The notes under the pieces: generated by a model
The model's database searches: none
The model's input: only the letters and a program-made list of their open reading frames with translations
What the model was told of the DNA's origin: nothing
In this document: positions 9,377-17,635 of the stretch, in pieces
How positions within the stretch are numbered: the first letter of the stretch is position 1
Layout of the letters: every line of letters begins with the position of its first letter
Assembly: GCA_913041415.1 (NCBI GenBank)
Contig: CAJWHS010000001.1
Coordinates: 3,844-67,843, forward strand
DNA: 64,000 bases
From: an uncultured Acidimicrobiaceae bacterium
GTDB taxonomy: Bacteria > Actinomycetota > Acidimicrobiia > Acidimicrobiales > Aldehydirespiratoraceae
Direction of reading: 5' to 3'
Translations under genes and position numbers: made by a program

Positions 9377-10609
9377 ATGTTCGAGACCCTGCGCTCCACG
9401 GTTCGGTTCCGCCGCTTCCGGTTCGGTCGCGCGACTCGACAACTCGATCGAGCAGCGAACGTCACGGACCTGCGGGCGATAGCGAAGCGTCGCCTGCCGG
9501 GTGGGGTGTTCGACTACATCGACGGCGCGGCCGAGGACGAGCGCAGCCTCGCTCGTTCGATGACCGCGTTCGCCGACATCGAGTTCAAGCCCCGGGTGCT
9601 GCGCGACGTCTCCGAGATCGACCCGACCACCACGCTGCTCGGTGAGCCGATGGCCTTCCCGTTCATCGCCGCCCCCACCGGCTTCACCCGCATCGCTCAC
9701 AGCGAGGGTGAACTCGCCGTCGCTCGAGCCGCCGGGCGCGCCGGCATTCCCTTCACCCTCTCGACCCTCTCGACCCGCTCGACCGAAGAGATCGCGGCGG
9801 TGAACCCAGGCCGCAACTGGTTCCAGGTCTATGTCTGGAAGGACCGCGGACTCGTCGAGGAGATGGTGCGGCGGGCAGGAGCCGCCGGCTTCGACACGAT
9901 CGTGCCGACCGTCGACCTCGCCACATTCGGGCGCCGCGAGCGCGACGTACGGCGCGGGTTCGAGTTGCCACCAAAAATCGGGCTCGACACGATCATCGAC
10001 GGGATCCGCCACCCGGGCTGGACCTGGGACTTCCTGACGGGTGGTCCCATTCGCTTCGCCAACGTCGCCGCCTCCGACGGCTCCGGCAAACGCGACGGCA
10101 CCGACGCGATCAACCTCGCCGCCTATGCCAACGAGCAGCTCGACCCATCACTCAGTTGGGACGACATCGAATGGTTCCGATCGATCTGGAACGGCCCGAT
10201 CGTGGTCAAGGGCGTGCAGTCCGTCGCCGACGCCCGCATCGCCGCCGATCTCGGCATCGAAGCGATCGCCATCTCGAACCACGGTGGCCGCCAACTCGAG
10301 GGTTCCCCACCGCCGATCGAACTCATCGCCCCCGTTCGCGATGCGATCGGTGACGCCTGCGAACTCATCTGCGACGGCGGCATCCGACGGGGCGCCGACA
10401 TCGTGAAGGCACTTGCACTCGGCGCCGACGCCACCATGGGCGGACGGGCGCACTTCTTCGGCCTTGGAGCCGCAGGCGAACGAGGTGTCGAACTCGCCTT
10501 CGGATTCCTGAGCGACGAGTTCCGTCGCGCGATGGCGCTCAACGGGCTGCGCTCGGTGAGCGAGATCACCCCAGACGTGGTGTCGCCACCCCGAAATCGG
10601 ACAGACTGA
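9377..10609 (+). CDS. FMN-dependent alpha-hydroxy-acid oxidase/dehydrogenase (LldD/glycolate oxidase family)
   Basis: Motifs ISNHGGRQLEG and DGGIRRGADIVKALALGA. Start taken at the second Met (MFETLRS). Confidence 0.85.
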   Translation: MFETLRSTVRFRRFRFGRATRQLDRAANVTDLRAIAKRRLPGGVFDYIDGAAEDERSLARSMTAFADIEFKPRVLRDVSEIDPTTTLLGEPMAFPFIAAPTGFTRIAHSEGELAVARAAGRAGIPFTLSTLSTRSTEEIAAVNPGRNWFQVYVWKDRGLVEEMVRRAGAAGFDTIVPTVDLATFGRRERDVRRGFELPPKIGLDTIIDGIRHPGWTWDFLTGGPIRFANVAASDGSGKRDGTDAINLAAYANEQLDPSLSWDDIEWFRSIWNGPIVVKGVQSVADARIAADLGIEAIAISNHGGRQLEGSPPPIELIAPVRDAIGDACELICDGGIRRGADIVKALALGADATMGGRAHFFGLGAAGERGVELAFGFLSDEFRRAMALNGLRSVSEITPDVVSPPRNRTD

Positions 10610-10614
10610 CCCCG

Positions 10615-12075
10615 ATGCCGCTGTTCCGCTCGACGCGCGAACCAACCGATCCGCTCGTCGCTGACCTCACCGCAGTGCTTGATGCCGATCGAGTCCGTGC
10701 CGACGGCGCTCAGCGGTCACTTGCAGCGCACGACGCCTCCGTGTTCGACGGCGGCATCGCCGGCCCGGTGTGCTTCCCGGAGACCACCGAAGAGGTCCAG
10801 GCGATCATGCGCATCGCCGAACAGCACGGTTCGGCCGTGGTCCCCCGTGGCGCAGGCACCGGCCTCGCCGGTGGCGCAATCCCGCTGGGGCGGCCCGTCG
10901 TCGTGTCGACCGGCCGGATGAACAAGGTGCTGTCGGTCGATACCAACAACCGCATCGCCTGGGTGCAACCCGGCGTCATCAATCTCGACCTCTCGAAGAA
11001 GCTGCGACCCAAGGGGTTCCACTTCGCCCCCGATCCGTCAAGCCAACAGGTCTGCACGCTCGGCGGCAATGTCGCCAACAATTCCGGAGGCCCCCACTGC
11101 CTCGCCTACGGCGTCACCGATGCCCACGTCGTGTCGCTGGAAGTCGTACTGCCCGACGGGCAGGTCGCCGTGCTCGGCGGCGCCGAGGACGAGACCCCCG
11201 GCCTTGACCTTCGCGGCGCGTTCGTTGGCAGCGAGGGCACGCTCGGCATCGCCACCAAGATCGGGGTCCGCATCACACCCAACGCCCCGGCCGTGCGCAC
11301 CCTGCTGCTGTCGTTCGCAACGGTCCGCGACGCCGCTCAGACCGTCAGCGACATCATCGCCGCCGGCGTCGTACCCGCCGCGCTCGAGGTGATGGATCAA
11401 CGCATGACCGTTGCGGTCGAGAACTATGTCGCCGCCGGTTACCCCACCGATGCCGCCGCCGTGCTGCTCGCCGAGGTCGAAGGACTCGAAGGTGGGGTCG
11501 AGATCGATGCCGCCCGCATCGAGGAACTTGGGCGGGCCAATTCCGCCACCGACGTACGTCTCGCCGGCTCCGAGGAGGAGCGAGCTGCGCTCTGGAAGGG
11601 CCGCAAGACCGCATTCGGTGCCGTCGCCCAGATCGCACCCGACTACTACCTGCACGACACCGTCGTTCCCCGGGCCCAGCTTGCCGACATCCTCGAGCAG
11701 ATCTACGAGATCACCGACCGCCATGAGGTCACGGTGATGAATGTCTTTCACGCAGGCGACGGGAACCTGCATCCACTCCTCGTCTTCGACGCCCGCGAGG
11801 AAGGCACCCTCGAACGGGTCCACGCCGCCGGTGCCGAGATCCTTCGAGCCTCGCTTGCGGCGGGCGGCGTGCTGTCCGGCGAACACGGCATCGGAGTCGA
11901 GAAGCAGGCCTATATGGACGAACTCTTCTCCCCGGCCGACCTCGACCACCAGAACCGTCTTCGCCAGGCCTTCGACCCCGCCTGTCGGGCGAACCCCGGC
12001 AAGGTCTTGCCGATAGGTCACAGTTGCGCCGACATCCAGGCACTCCGCGAAATGCCCACCGGGGTGTGGGGATGA
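10615..12075 (+). CDS. glcD: FAD-linked oxidase, glycolate oxidase subunit GlcD-like
   Basis: PCMH FAD-binding motif VVPRGAGTGLAGGA. Typical length of 486 aa, followed by glcE- and glcF-like genes. Confidence 0.85.
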   Translation: MPLFRSTREPTDPLVADLTAVLDADRVRADGAQRSLAAHDASVFDGGIAGPVCFPETTEEVQAIMRIAEQHGSAVVPRGAGTGLAGGAIPLGRPVVVSTGRMNKVLSVDTNNRIAWVQPGVINLDLSKKLRPKGFHFAPDPSSQQVCTLGGNVANNSGGPHCLAYGVTDAHVVSLEVVLPDGQVAVLGGAEDETPGLDLRGAFVGSEGTLGIATKIGVRITPNAPAVRTLLLSFATVRDAAQTVSDIIAAGVVPAALEVMDQRMTVAVENYVAAGYPTDAAAVLLAEVEGLEGGVEIDAARIEELGRANSATDVRLAGSEEERAALWKGRKTAFGAVAQIAPDYYLHDTVVPRAQLADILEQIYEITDRHEVTVMNVFHAGDGNLHPLLVFDAREEGTLERVHAAGAEILRASLAAGGVLSGEHGIGVEKQAYMDELFSPADLDHQNRLRQAFDPACRANPGKVLPIGHSCADIQALREMPTGVWG

Positions 12076-12995
12076 GCACGCTCACCTCCGCCGACCGGGC
12101 TCTGCACGAGTTCGGGGCGCTGGTCGGCGCCGACGACCCCATCGCCGTGGAGGGCAACCGCACTCGTTGGCATCTCGGCGGCCCACTTGACGAGTCCGCC
12201 CGACTCGTCAAGGCCCCCACTGGCATCGTCGACTACCAGCCCTCAGAGATGGTGGTCACCGTCCGCGCCGGCACGACCGTCGCCGAACTCCACGAAACGC
12301 TCGCCGCTGCCGGCCAGACCTCGGCACTGCCCGACCGGGGCGGCACCGTCGGCGGGGCAGTCGCTGTCGGAGAGAACCGGCTCGACCGACTCGGCCGCGG
12401 GTCGGTACGCGACGCGGTTTTGCAGGTCCGGTACGTGTCGGCCGAAGGCGAGATCGTCACCGGCGGTGGCCCGGTCGTGAAGAACGTCAGCGGCTTCAAC
12501 CTCCCCAAGCTCATCGTCGGCTCGCTCGGCACGCTCGGGCTCATCGGCGAGGTCGTGTTGCGCACCAACCCGATTCCGCCCGTCCAACGCTGGATCCGGG
12601 TCGAGCGGGTCGACCCTCGCGACATCCGGGATGCACTTCTGCGACCTGGAGCCATGCTGTGGGACGGCACCAGCAGCTGGGCGCTCGTTGAGGGTCACGA
12701 AGTGGATGTCGTCGCTGAGGTCGACAAGCTTGCGACGCTCGTCGACATCGCCAATGTCGACGGCCCGCCCGAGTTGCCGCCGCACCGTTGGCTTCTCTCC
12801 CCCCAGGGGGCAGCGCACGTCGACACGATGACCGACGGGGCATTCATCGCGAGCATCGGCGTCGGAACGGTCTGGGCCGAAGAACCACCCGAACCCACCG
12901 AGCCCGACCCCGTTGCCGGCCAGATCGCCGAACGGACGAAGCGACTGTTCGACCCCTCCGGGCGACTGAACCCCGGCCGCCGGGCAGGAGCCTGA
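12072..12995 (+). CDS. glcE: Glycolate oxidase FAD-binding subunit GlcE-like
   Basis: ATGA start/stop overlap with glcD at 12072-12075. FAD-binding domain protein of about 307 aa. Confidence 0.75.
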   Translation: MSTLTSADRALHEFGALVGADDPIAVEGNRTRWHLGGPLDESARLVKAPTGIVDYQPSEMVVTVRAGTTVAELHETLAAAGQTSALPDRGGTVGGAVAVGENRLDRLGRGSVRDAVLQVRYVSAEGEIVTGGGPVVKNVSGFNLPKLIVGSLGTLGLIGEVVLRTNPIPPVQRWIRVERVDPRDIRDALLRPGAMLWDGTSSWALVEGHEVDVVAEVDKLATLVDIANVDGPPELPPHRWLLSPQGAAHVDTMTDGAFIASIGVGTVWAEEPPEPTEPDPVAGQIAERTKRLFDPSGRLNPGRRAGA

Positions 12996-12996
12996 C

Positions 12997-14154
12997 ATGG
13001 ATCTCGGGATCGACGCCGACGACCTCAACGCATGCGTGCAGTGCGGGCTCTGCCTCCCCCACTGCCCCACCTACCGCGTCACGGGCGACGAGGCCCTCTC
13101 GCCACGGGGCCGTATCCACCTCATGCGCGAGGTTCAGGACAACGCTGCTCCCGTCACTCCTGAGGTCGTCGACGCGTTCGACACCTGCGTGCAGTGCCGG
13201 GGATGCGAGCCTGCGTGTCCGAGCGGCGTTCCCTACGGCCGTCTCATCGAATCGACCCGAGCCGTGCTCGCCGACACGGGTGCCGTCTCCACCCGTCGTC
13301 AGCGGCTCGCCTTCTGGGCGCTGAGCAGGCCTCGCACTCTGCGGCTCGGCAGCAGCCTGCTGGCCATCGCTGCACGACTGCGACTCGTTCCCAAACGGCT
13401 CGGCGTGCCCACCGACCTGCCCCTCACCCGAGGTCACCGCCGCATCTCCGGCGACGACGTCTACCTCTTCACCGGTTGTGTCATGGACGCCTGGCAGCGC
13501 AGTGTCCACGATGCTGGCCAACGGGTGCTCGAAGCCGCCGGCGTCGGTGTGACCCCCACGGGCGATCTCGCGCCGTGCTGCGGAGCCCTCCACACCCACG
13601 CCGGACTCGGCGATCCCGCCCGGCAGCGAGCGGAAGCGACGATCACGGCGCTCTCAAACGATGATCGACCGATCCTCGTCGACTCGGCCGGCTGTGGCGC
13701 CGCGATGAAGGAGTACGGCCATCTGCTCGGCACACCGGAAGCCGAAGCCTTCAGCGCCCGGGTGTTCGACATTCACGAGTGGCTCGCCACCCGCCTCGAC
13801 GATCTGCCGACCACCGCCAAACTCGATCTGTGTGTCGCAGTCCAGGATCCCTGCCATCAACGCCATGTGCAACGAGTCCACGACGCGACGCGCGCCGTGC
13901 TCGCCCCCTATGTTCACAAAATCATCGAACTCGACGATGACGGGCTGTGCTGCGGTGCCGGCGGCGCCTTCTCGGTGCTCCACCCGCAACTCGCCACCGA
14001 CATCCGCGGCCGCAAGATCGACGCGATCGAACGGGTGTCGCCCGACATCGTGGCGAGCGCGAACCCTGGTTGTTCACTGCACCTCGCCGCCGGCGGCGTT
14101 GAGGTCGTGCACCCGATGCAACTCATCGACCAGGCCCTCCGACAACGCACCTGA
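12997..14154 (+). CDS. glcF: Glycolate oxidase iron-sulfur subunit GlcF-like
   Basis: Two ferredoxin-type clusters (CVQCGLCLPHCP and CVQCRGCEPACP) plus C-terminal CCG domains. Confidence 0.85.
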   Translation: MDLGIDADDLNACVQCGLCLPHCPTYRVTGDEALSPRGRIHLMREVQDNAAPVTPEVVDAFDTCVQCRGCEPACPSGVPYGRLIESTRAVLADTGAVSTRRQRLAFWALSRPRTLRLGSSLLAIAARLRLVPKRLGVPTDLPLTRGHRRISGDDVYLFTGCVMDAWQRSVHDAGQRVLEAAGVGVTPTGDLAPCCGALHTHAGLGDPARQRAEATITALSNDDRPILVDSAGCGAAMKEYGHLLGTPEAEAFSARVFDIHEWLATRLDDLPTTAKLDLCVAVQDPCHQRHVQRVHDATRAVLAPYVHKIIELDDDGLCCGAGGAFSVLHPQLATDIRGRKIDAIERVSPDIVASANPGCSLHLAAGGVEVVHPMQLIDQALRQRT

Positions 14155-14170
14155 GCGCTGAGGTCACCCG

Positions 14171-14221
14171 ATCCCTGGCGAACCTACGGTTCGACAATCC
14201 CTGGCGAACCTACGGTTCGAC
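14171..14221. repeat. Exact 25-nt direct repeat x2 (period 26), each copy containing the hairpin CGAACC-TAC-GGTTCG
   Basis: ATCCCTGGCGAACCTACGGTTCGAC occurs at 14171-14195 and again at 14197-14221. The second copy contains the sulfatase stop codon (14210-14212). Confidence 0.9.
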
Positions 14222-16105
14222 GATCCCGAACTCGCTGCTGAACTGGTCGAGGTTCTCGAACAGCATCCGCGCCGGACCATCGTCACTCGCCGACACGCCC
14301 TCGATCGCAAGGAAGCCATCGACGTCGACCGCCCCCTTCACCACCTCGGCCAACGCCGCCTTCGTGCAGGTGATCGACGGCGCTCCCTCGATCGCCACCC
14401 CCGGGCGATGATGGATCGCACAGTTGTCGAGCCCAATCGCATGGTGCTCATCGACGTCGGAGAAGTACCAGTTCGACTCGAACGACTCGCCCTCCACGTT
14501 CTCCGCCTGCAAGCGGATCCCGATCAGCTCCACCAACATGTCGACGTCGAGCTGATCGGTGATCGAACGACCCACGAACATCGGGAAGCCCTTGCTGCCA
14601 GTACGCAGCTCCATCGCACCCATCAGGTACGAATCACGCCACGGACCCGACTCCGACTGGTAGCCGAGCTGCTCGAACGTATCGGCCTGCAACAACCGAC
14701 CCGGCTCATCGGTCGGATCGGCGAACACGAGATGGTTGAGCAGTTCCGCCGCCCACCGGTAATCACCCTCGTTGAAGGCCCGCTGTGCTTCGGCGTGCAC
14801 CCGGTCGGGGCCGCCCATCGCGGCGACGTAACGCTTCCCACTCTCCTCAGGCGTGTGCGGGTTGAGGTTGGCCGGGTTGCCGTCGTACCAGCCGATGTAG
14901 CGCTGATACACCGCCTTCGCGTTGTGGCTGACCGTCCCGTAGTAGCCACGCGTGTGGCTCTGGGTGGCGAAACACTCGGGCTGCTGGAGATCCTCGGCGA
15001 TCTCACGCATCGTCATACCGTGGTTTGCTCGACGCATTGTCTGATCGTGCAACCAGCGGTACATGTCGCGTTGAAGCTCGAGATAGCGCACCGCGTCATC
15101 GCGACCGAATCGCGGCCAGTTATGGGTGGAAAAGAGCACATCCATGTCGCCACCGAAGAGATCGAGCGCCTCCTGGATGTACTTGCTCCAGCTCAGCGTG
15201 TCGCGGGCCTGCGCCCCACGGAACGGCAAGGTGTTGTGCATCGTGTGGGTGCAGTTTTCGGCGATGCAGAGCGCGCCGAGATCTGGGAACATGAAGTTCA
15301 TCTCTGCCGGCGCTTCGGTGCCTGGCGTGTTCTGAAAGACGACCCGCACGCCATCGAGCACGAGTTCGGTTCCAGTGAGCGCGATCTCCTCGGTGGGTGC
15401 GACTAGGTCGGGCCGGGCACGCGGAATCCACTTGCCGAGGCCGCAATCGATATGGCCATGCGGGCCGGGCTGAAGCAGCATGCCGAACTGGTAGAAGGCT
15501 CGGCGGCCCATTGCGGGACCGGCGATCAGGTTTTCGGCGACGGCCTCACGCATGAACCCCTCGGGCGCCAGGATGCGCACATTGCCCTTGTCGACCTCGT
15601 CGGTGCTGGTCACACCGAGAATGCCGCCGTAATGATCGGTATGGCTATGGGTGTACAGCACAGTGGTGACGGGACGCTCCCCGAGCGTGGCGTTGGCGAG
15701 ATCGAGACACGCCTCGGCCGTGAACGACGTGGTGAGCGGATCGATGATGACCCACCCCTCATCACCCTTGATGAAGGTGATGTTGGAGATGTCGTAGCCG
15801 CGCGCTTGCCAGACGTTCTCGGTGACCTCGAACAGGCCGTGGATCGCGTTATGGCGACCGTGACGCCACAGGCTCGGGTTGACCGACTCGGGCGGGTCCT
15901 CCTGCTCGCGCAGGAAGTTCCAGTCGTTGGTGTTCCACGACAGGCCGAGTGGCCCCTCGATCTCGCCGGAATCGTGCTGAGCGACCAGCCCCCGTGTTGC
16001 GCGTTCCCAGTCGTCCTCCAGACGAAGTGATGCAGCCAAGGCGGCGTTGACCGACGCCGTATAGGGAGTAGCGGGCTTGGCGGCGCGGGGATCGAGGTCA
16101 CTCAT
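14210..16105 (-). CDS. Metallo-beta-lactamase-fold alkyl/aryl sulfatase (SdsA1/BDS1 type)
   Basis: 631 aa with the HxHxDH motif HSHTDHYGG, followed by a dimerisation region and an SCP2-like C-terminal region. Confidence 0.85.
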   Translation of the reverse strand: MSDLDPRAAKPATPYTASVNAALAASLRLEDDWERATRGLVAQHDSGEIEGPLGLSWNTNDWNFLREQEDPPESVNPSLWRHGRHNAIHGLFEVTENVWQARGYDISNITFIKGDEGWVIIDPLTTSFTAEACLDLANATLGERPVTTVLYTHSHTDHYGGILGVTSTDEVDKGNVRILAPEGFMREAVAENLIAGPAMGRRAFYQFGMLLQPGPHGHIDCGLGKWIPRARPDLVAPTEEIALTGTELVLDGVRVVFQNTPGTEAPAEMNFMFPDLGALCIAENCTHTMHNTLPFRGAQARDTLSWSKYIQEALDLFGGDMDVLFSTHNWPRFGRDDAVRYLELQRDMYRWLHDQTMRRANHGMTMREIAEDLQQPECFATQSHTRGYYGTVSHNAKAVYQRYIGWYDGNPANLNPHTPEESGKRYVAAMGGPDRVHAEAQRAFNEGDYRWAAELLNHLVFADPTDEPGRLLQADTFEQLGYQSESGPWRDSYLMGAMELRTGSKGFPMFVGRSITDQLDVDMLVELIGIRLQAENVEGESFESNWYFSDVDEHHAIGLDNCAIHHRPGVAIEGAPSITCTKAALAEVVKGAVDVDGFLAIEGVSASDDGPARMLFENLDQFSSEFGIVEP

Positions 16106-16174
16106 GGCGGCGAGTATGGCTCAGTCCGCGCCGGGCAGACGCATACGAGACCACCTCTCGGCCGGTGCCGTCGC

Positions 16175-16999
16175 TCAGCCGATCGGCTCGAGTGAGGTCA
16201 CCCACCACTCGTATTCTTCGGTGTAGCCGGCATCGCCGAGGGGGGTGTCGAGCACGAACTCGTAGGTACGCCGCTCCTGCACCGTCATCCCCGTCGCCAC
16301 CTCCACCCACAGTTCGATGAATTCCACATTGTCGGGGTGATCGCCTTCGACGAGTTCGGCAGTGAAAACGATCACCTCACGCTCCTCGCCAGCAATCACG
16401 CGCACCACGCGTTCGGTGGTGACGGCACGATCGGCGACGGAGGTCTCGCTCTGACAACGCCATGACGTGGCATCAACCGACACGGGACTCGCGCTGCAGG
16501 AACGAACGGCGAGGTCGTCGAGTCCGAAGAAGCTGTGGAAGATCCGCTCGGTTCCGAGTTCGATGCCGTTTTCGGTCTCGCAGAACTCGAGGCTTTGCCA
16601 ACGCTCGACGACAAAGTCGGTTCGGATTTCAACGCCACACTCGACCGGTGTGACGGTGACGAATCCCTCGTCGGGGTACGTCCGCTCGGCGCCGGTGGCG
16701 AGATCCAGCTGCTCGCCACCCCGCAACGCCACCGGGTAGACACCGGGTTTCGGCAGGGGAACTCCCGCCGTCGCGGGTTCGGTCGGCACTGTGGTGATCG
16801 TCGTGGTGGTCGTCAAGGTGGTCGCCGGCTCGCTGGAGCCGTCGGCCCCACCGTCCTCTACGGCGCGCTCGTGGCGATCGACGACCTCAGCGACGCTGAT
16901 CTCGGTTGTCGTCGTCCGCAAGGCGCGTACGCCAACGACGCCAACGGCCAGCACGAGTGCGGCCAAGAACAGGAGTGTCCGACGGGAGGGACGGGTCAT
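16175..16999 (-). CDS. Hypothetical N-terminally anchored/secreted protein
   Basis: Internal ATG at 16999 gives MTRPSRRTLLFLAALVLAVGVVGV (signal/anchor), then a Thr-rich linker. The upstream part of the track ORF looks non-coding. Confidence 0.5.
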   Translation of the reverse strand: MTRPSRRTLLFLAALVLAVGVVGVRALRTTTTEISVAEVVDRHERAVEDGGADGSSEPATTLTTTTTITTVPTEPATAGVPLPKPGVYPVALRGGEQLDLATGAERTYPDEGFVTVTPVECGVEIRTDFVVERWQSLEFCETENGIELGTERIFHSFFGLDDLAVRSCSASPVSVDATSWRCQSETSVADRAVTTERVVRVIAGEEREVIVFTAELVEGDHPDNVEFIELWVEVATGMTVQERRTYEFVLDTPLGDAGYTEEYEWWVTSLEPIG

Positions 17000-17271
17000 A
17001 AGCGAGATCCTTAAGGGGCGTTTTGGGAGTGTCGACGACTGGAGTGGACAGCTCTGAGCAGAGCCGCTTGCGCTGAGCTTGCCACCACCCAGCTGGCACG
17101 TTGTGCACAGCCACCAGCTCGGCGAGTGCGGCGTCCACCAGGGCTTAACGCCGCGCCCCGACCAGATTTCGGAGATTGAGCAGAAGGACCGGGTCAGGAG
17201 TAGCGACGTTTCGCTGCACGTTGTGGATCTTGACCGACCACGCCTTGCCAAACCGAACCCTCCGGAGGCGC

Positions 17272-17370
17272 CAAAACAACCGCACGCCGGCCCAGGGGGG
17301 AGGGCCGGCGTGGGTGCAGGGAGCCCTTCGGTGCGGTGTTGGGGGGGGGAGCAACACTGCACCGACTGTC
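17272..17370 (-). ncRNA. 6C-type small RNA candidate
   Basis: On the minus strand, hairpin A (17329-17364) has a 6+5 bp stem with one A-C mismatch and the loop GCUCCCCCCCCC. Hairpin B (17283-17312) has a perfect 11-bp GC stem and the loop UCCCCCCU, followed 2 nt later by GUUGUUUUGG, which fits an intrinsic terminator. Two C-rich loops are the defining trait of actinobacterial 6C RNA. Confidence 0.55.
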
Positions 17371-17635
17371 AGGGCAACCCGTTCGAGATCGGACAACGCT
17401 CACTGCCAGGGGGGTATGGGGACGGCGGCGGTCGTGGTTTCAGCGATCTCGACCGATGTATTCAGGTCGTGGTCTTCGTCTTGATGGCTATTTTCTCCTG
17501 AATGAGGGATGGTTGGACGGTGCCGGGGGAAGCACCATCAGCGGGAATGTTGACCAACCACAACAAGGTCAAACACAACCGACGCATTTTTCTGGCGGGA
17601 CATGGTCGGGCGCGTCCGACCAGACTGGGGGGACT

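Noticed and set aside
14179-14219. CGAACCTACGGTTCG palindromes as SOS boxes.
   Set aside because: The spacing is GAAC-N5-GTTC, not N4, and the sites sit at a convergent gene junction. They are better explained as terminator hairpins within the tandem duplication.
17131-17140. GCGTCCACCA, superficially like a tmRNA or tRNA 3-prime end.
   Set aside because: There is no T-arm (GTTCGAATC-like) or acceptor-stem complement nearby.
17373-17386. TCGAAC-GGGT-TGCC upstream of the 6C candidate as a LexA box. 6C has been linked to the SOS response in Corynebacterium.
   Set aside because: Only one half-site matches (GAAC); the second half is TGCC rather than GTTC.
17436-17461. GGTTTC-N15-ATGTAT as a SigF/SigB-type promoter (GTTT-N15-17-GGGTAT) for autoregulation of the phosphatase gene.
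   Set aside because: Only GTAT of the -10 matches. A real GGGTAT at 17412-17417 has no GTTT at the correct spacing. The evidence is too weak to call.
17079-17501. ORFs of 83-140 aa inside the 17.0-17.6 kb island, and the N-terminal 100 codons of the 17336-19183 ORF.
   Set aside because: They have a high share of A/T-ending codons, low-complexity Pro/Gly/Arg translations and no recognisable domains. They are better explained as non-coding sequence; the 6C candidate lies here.
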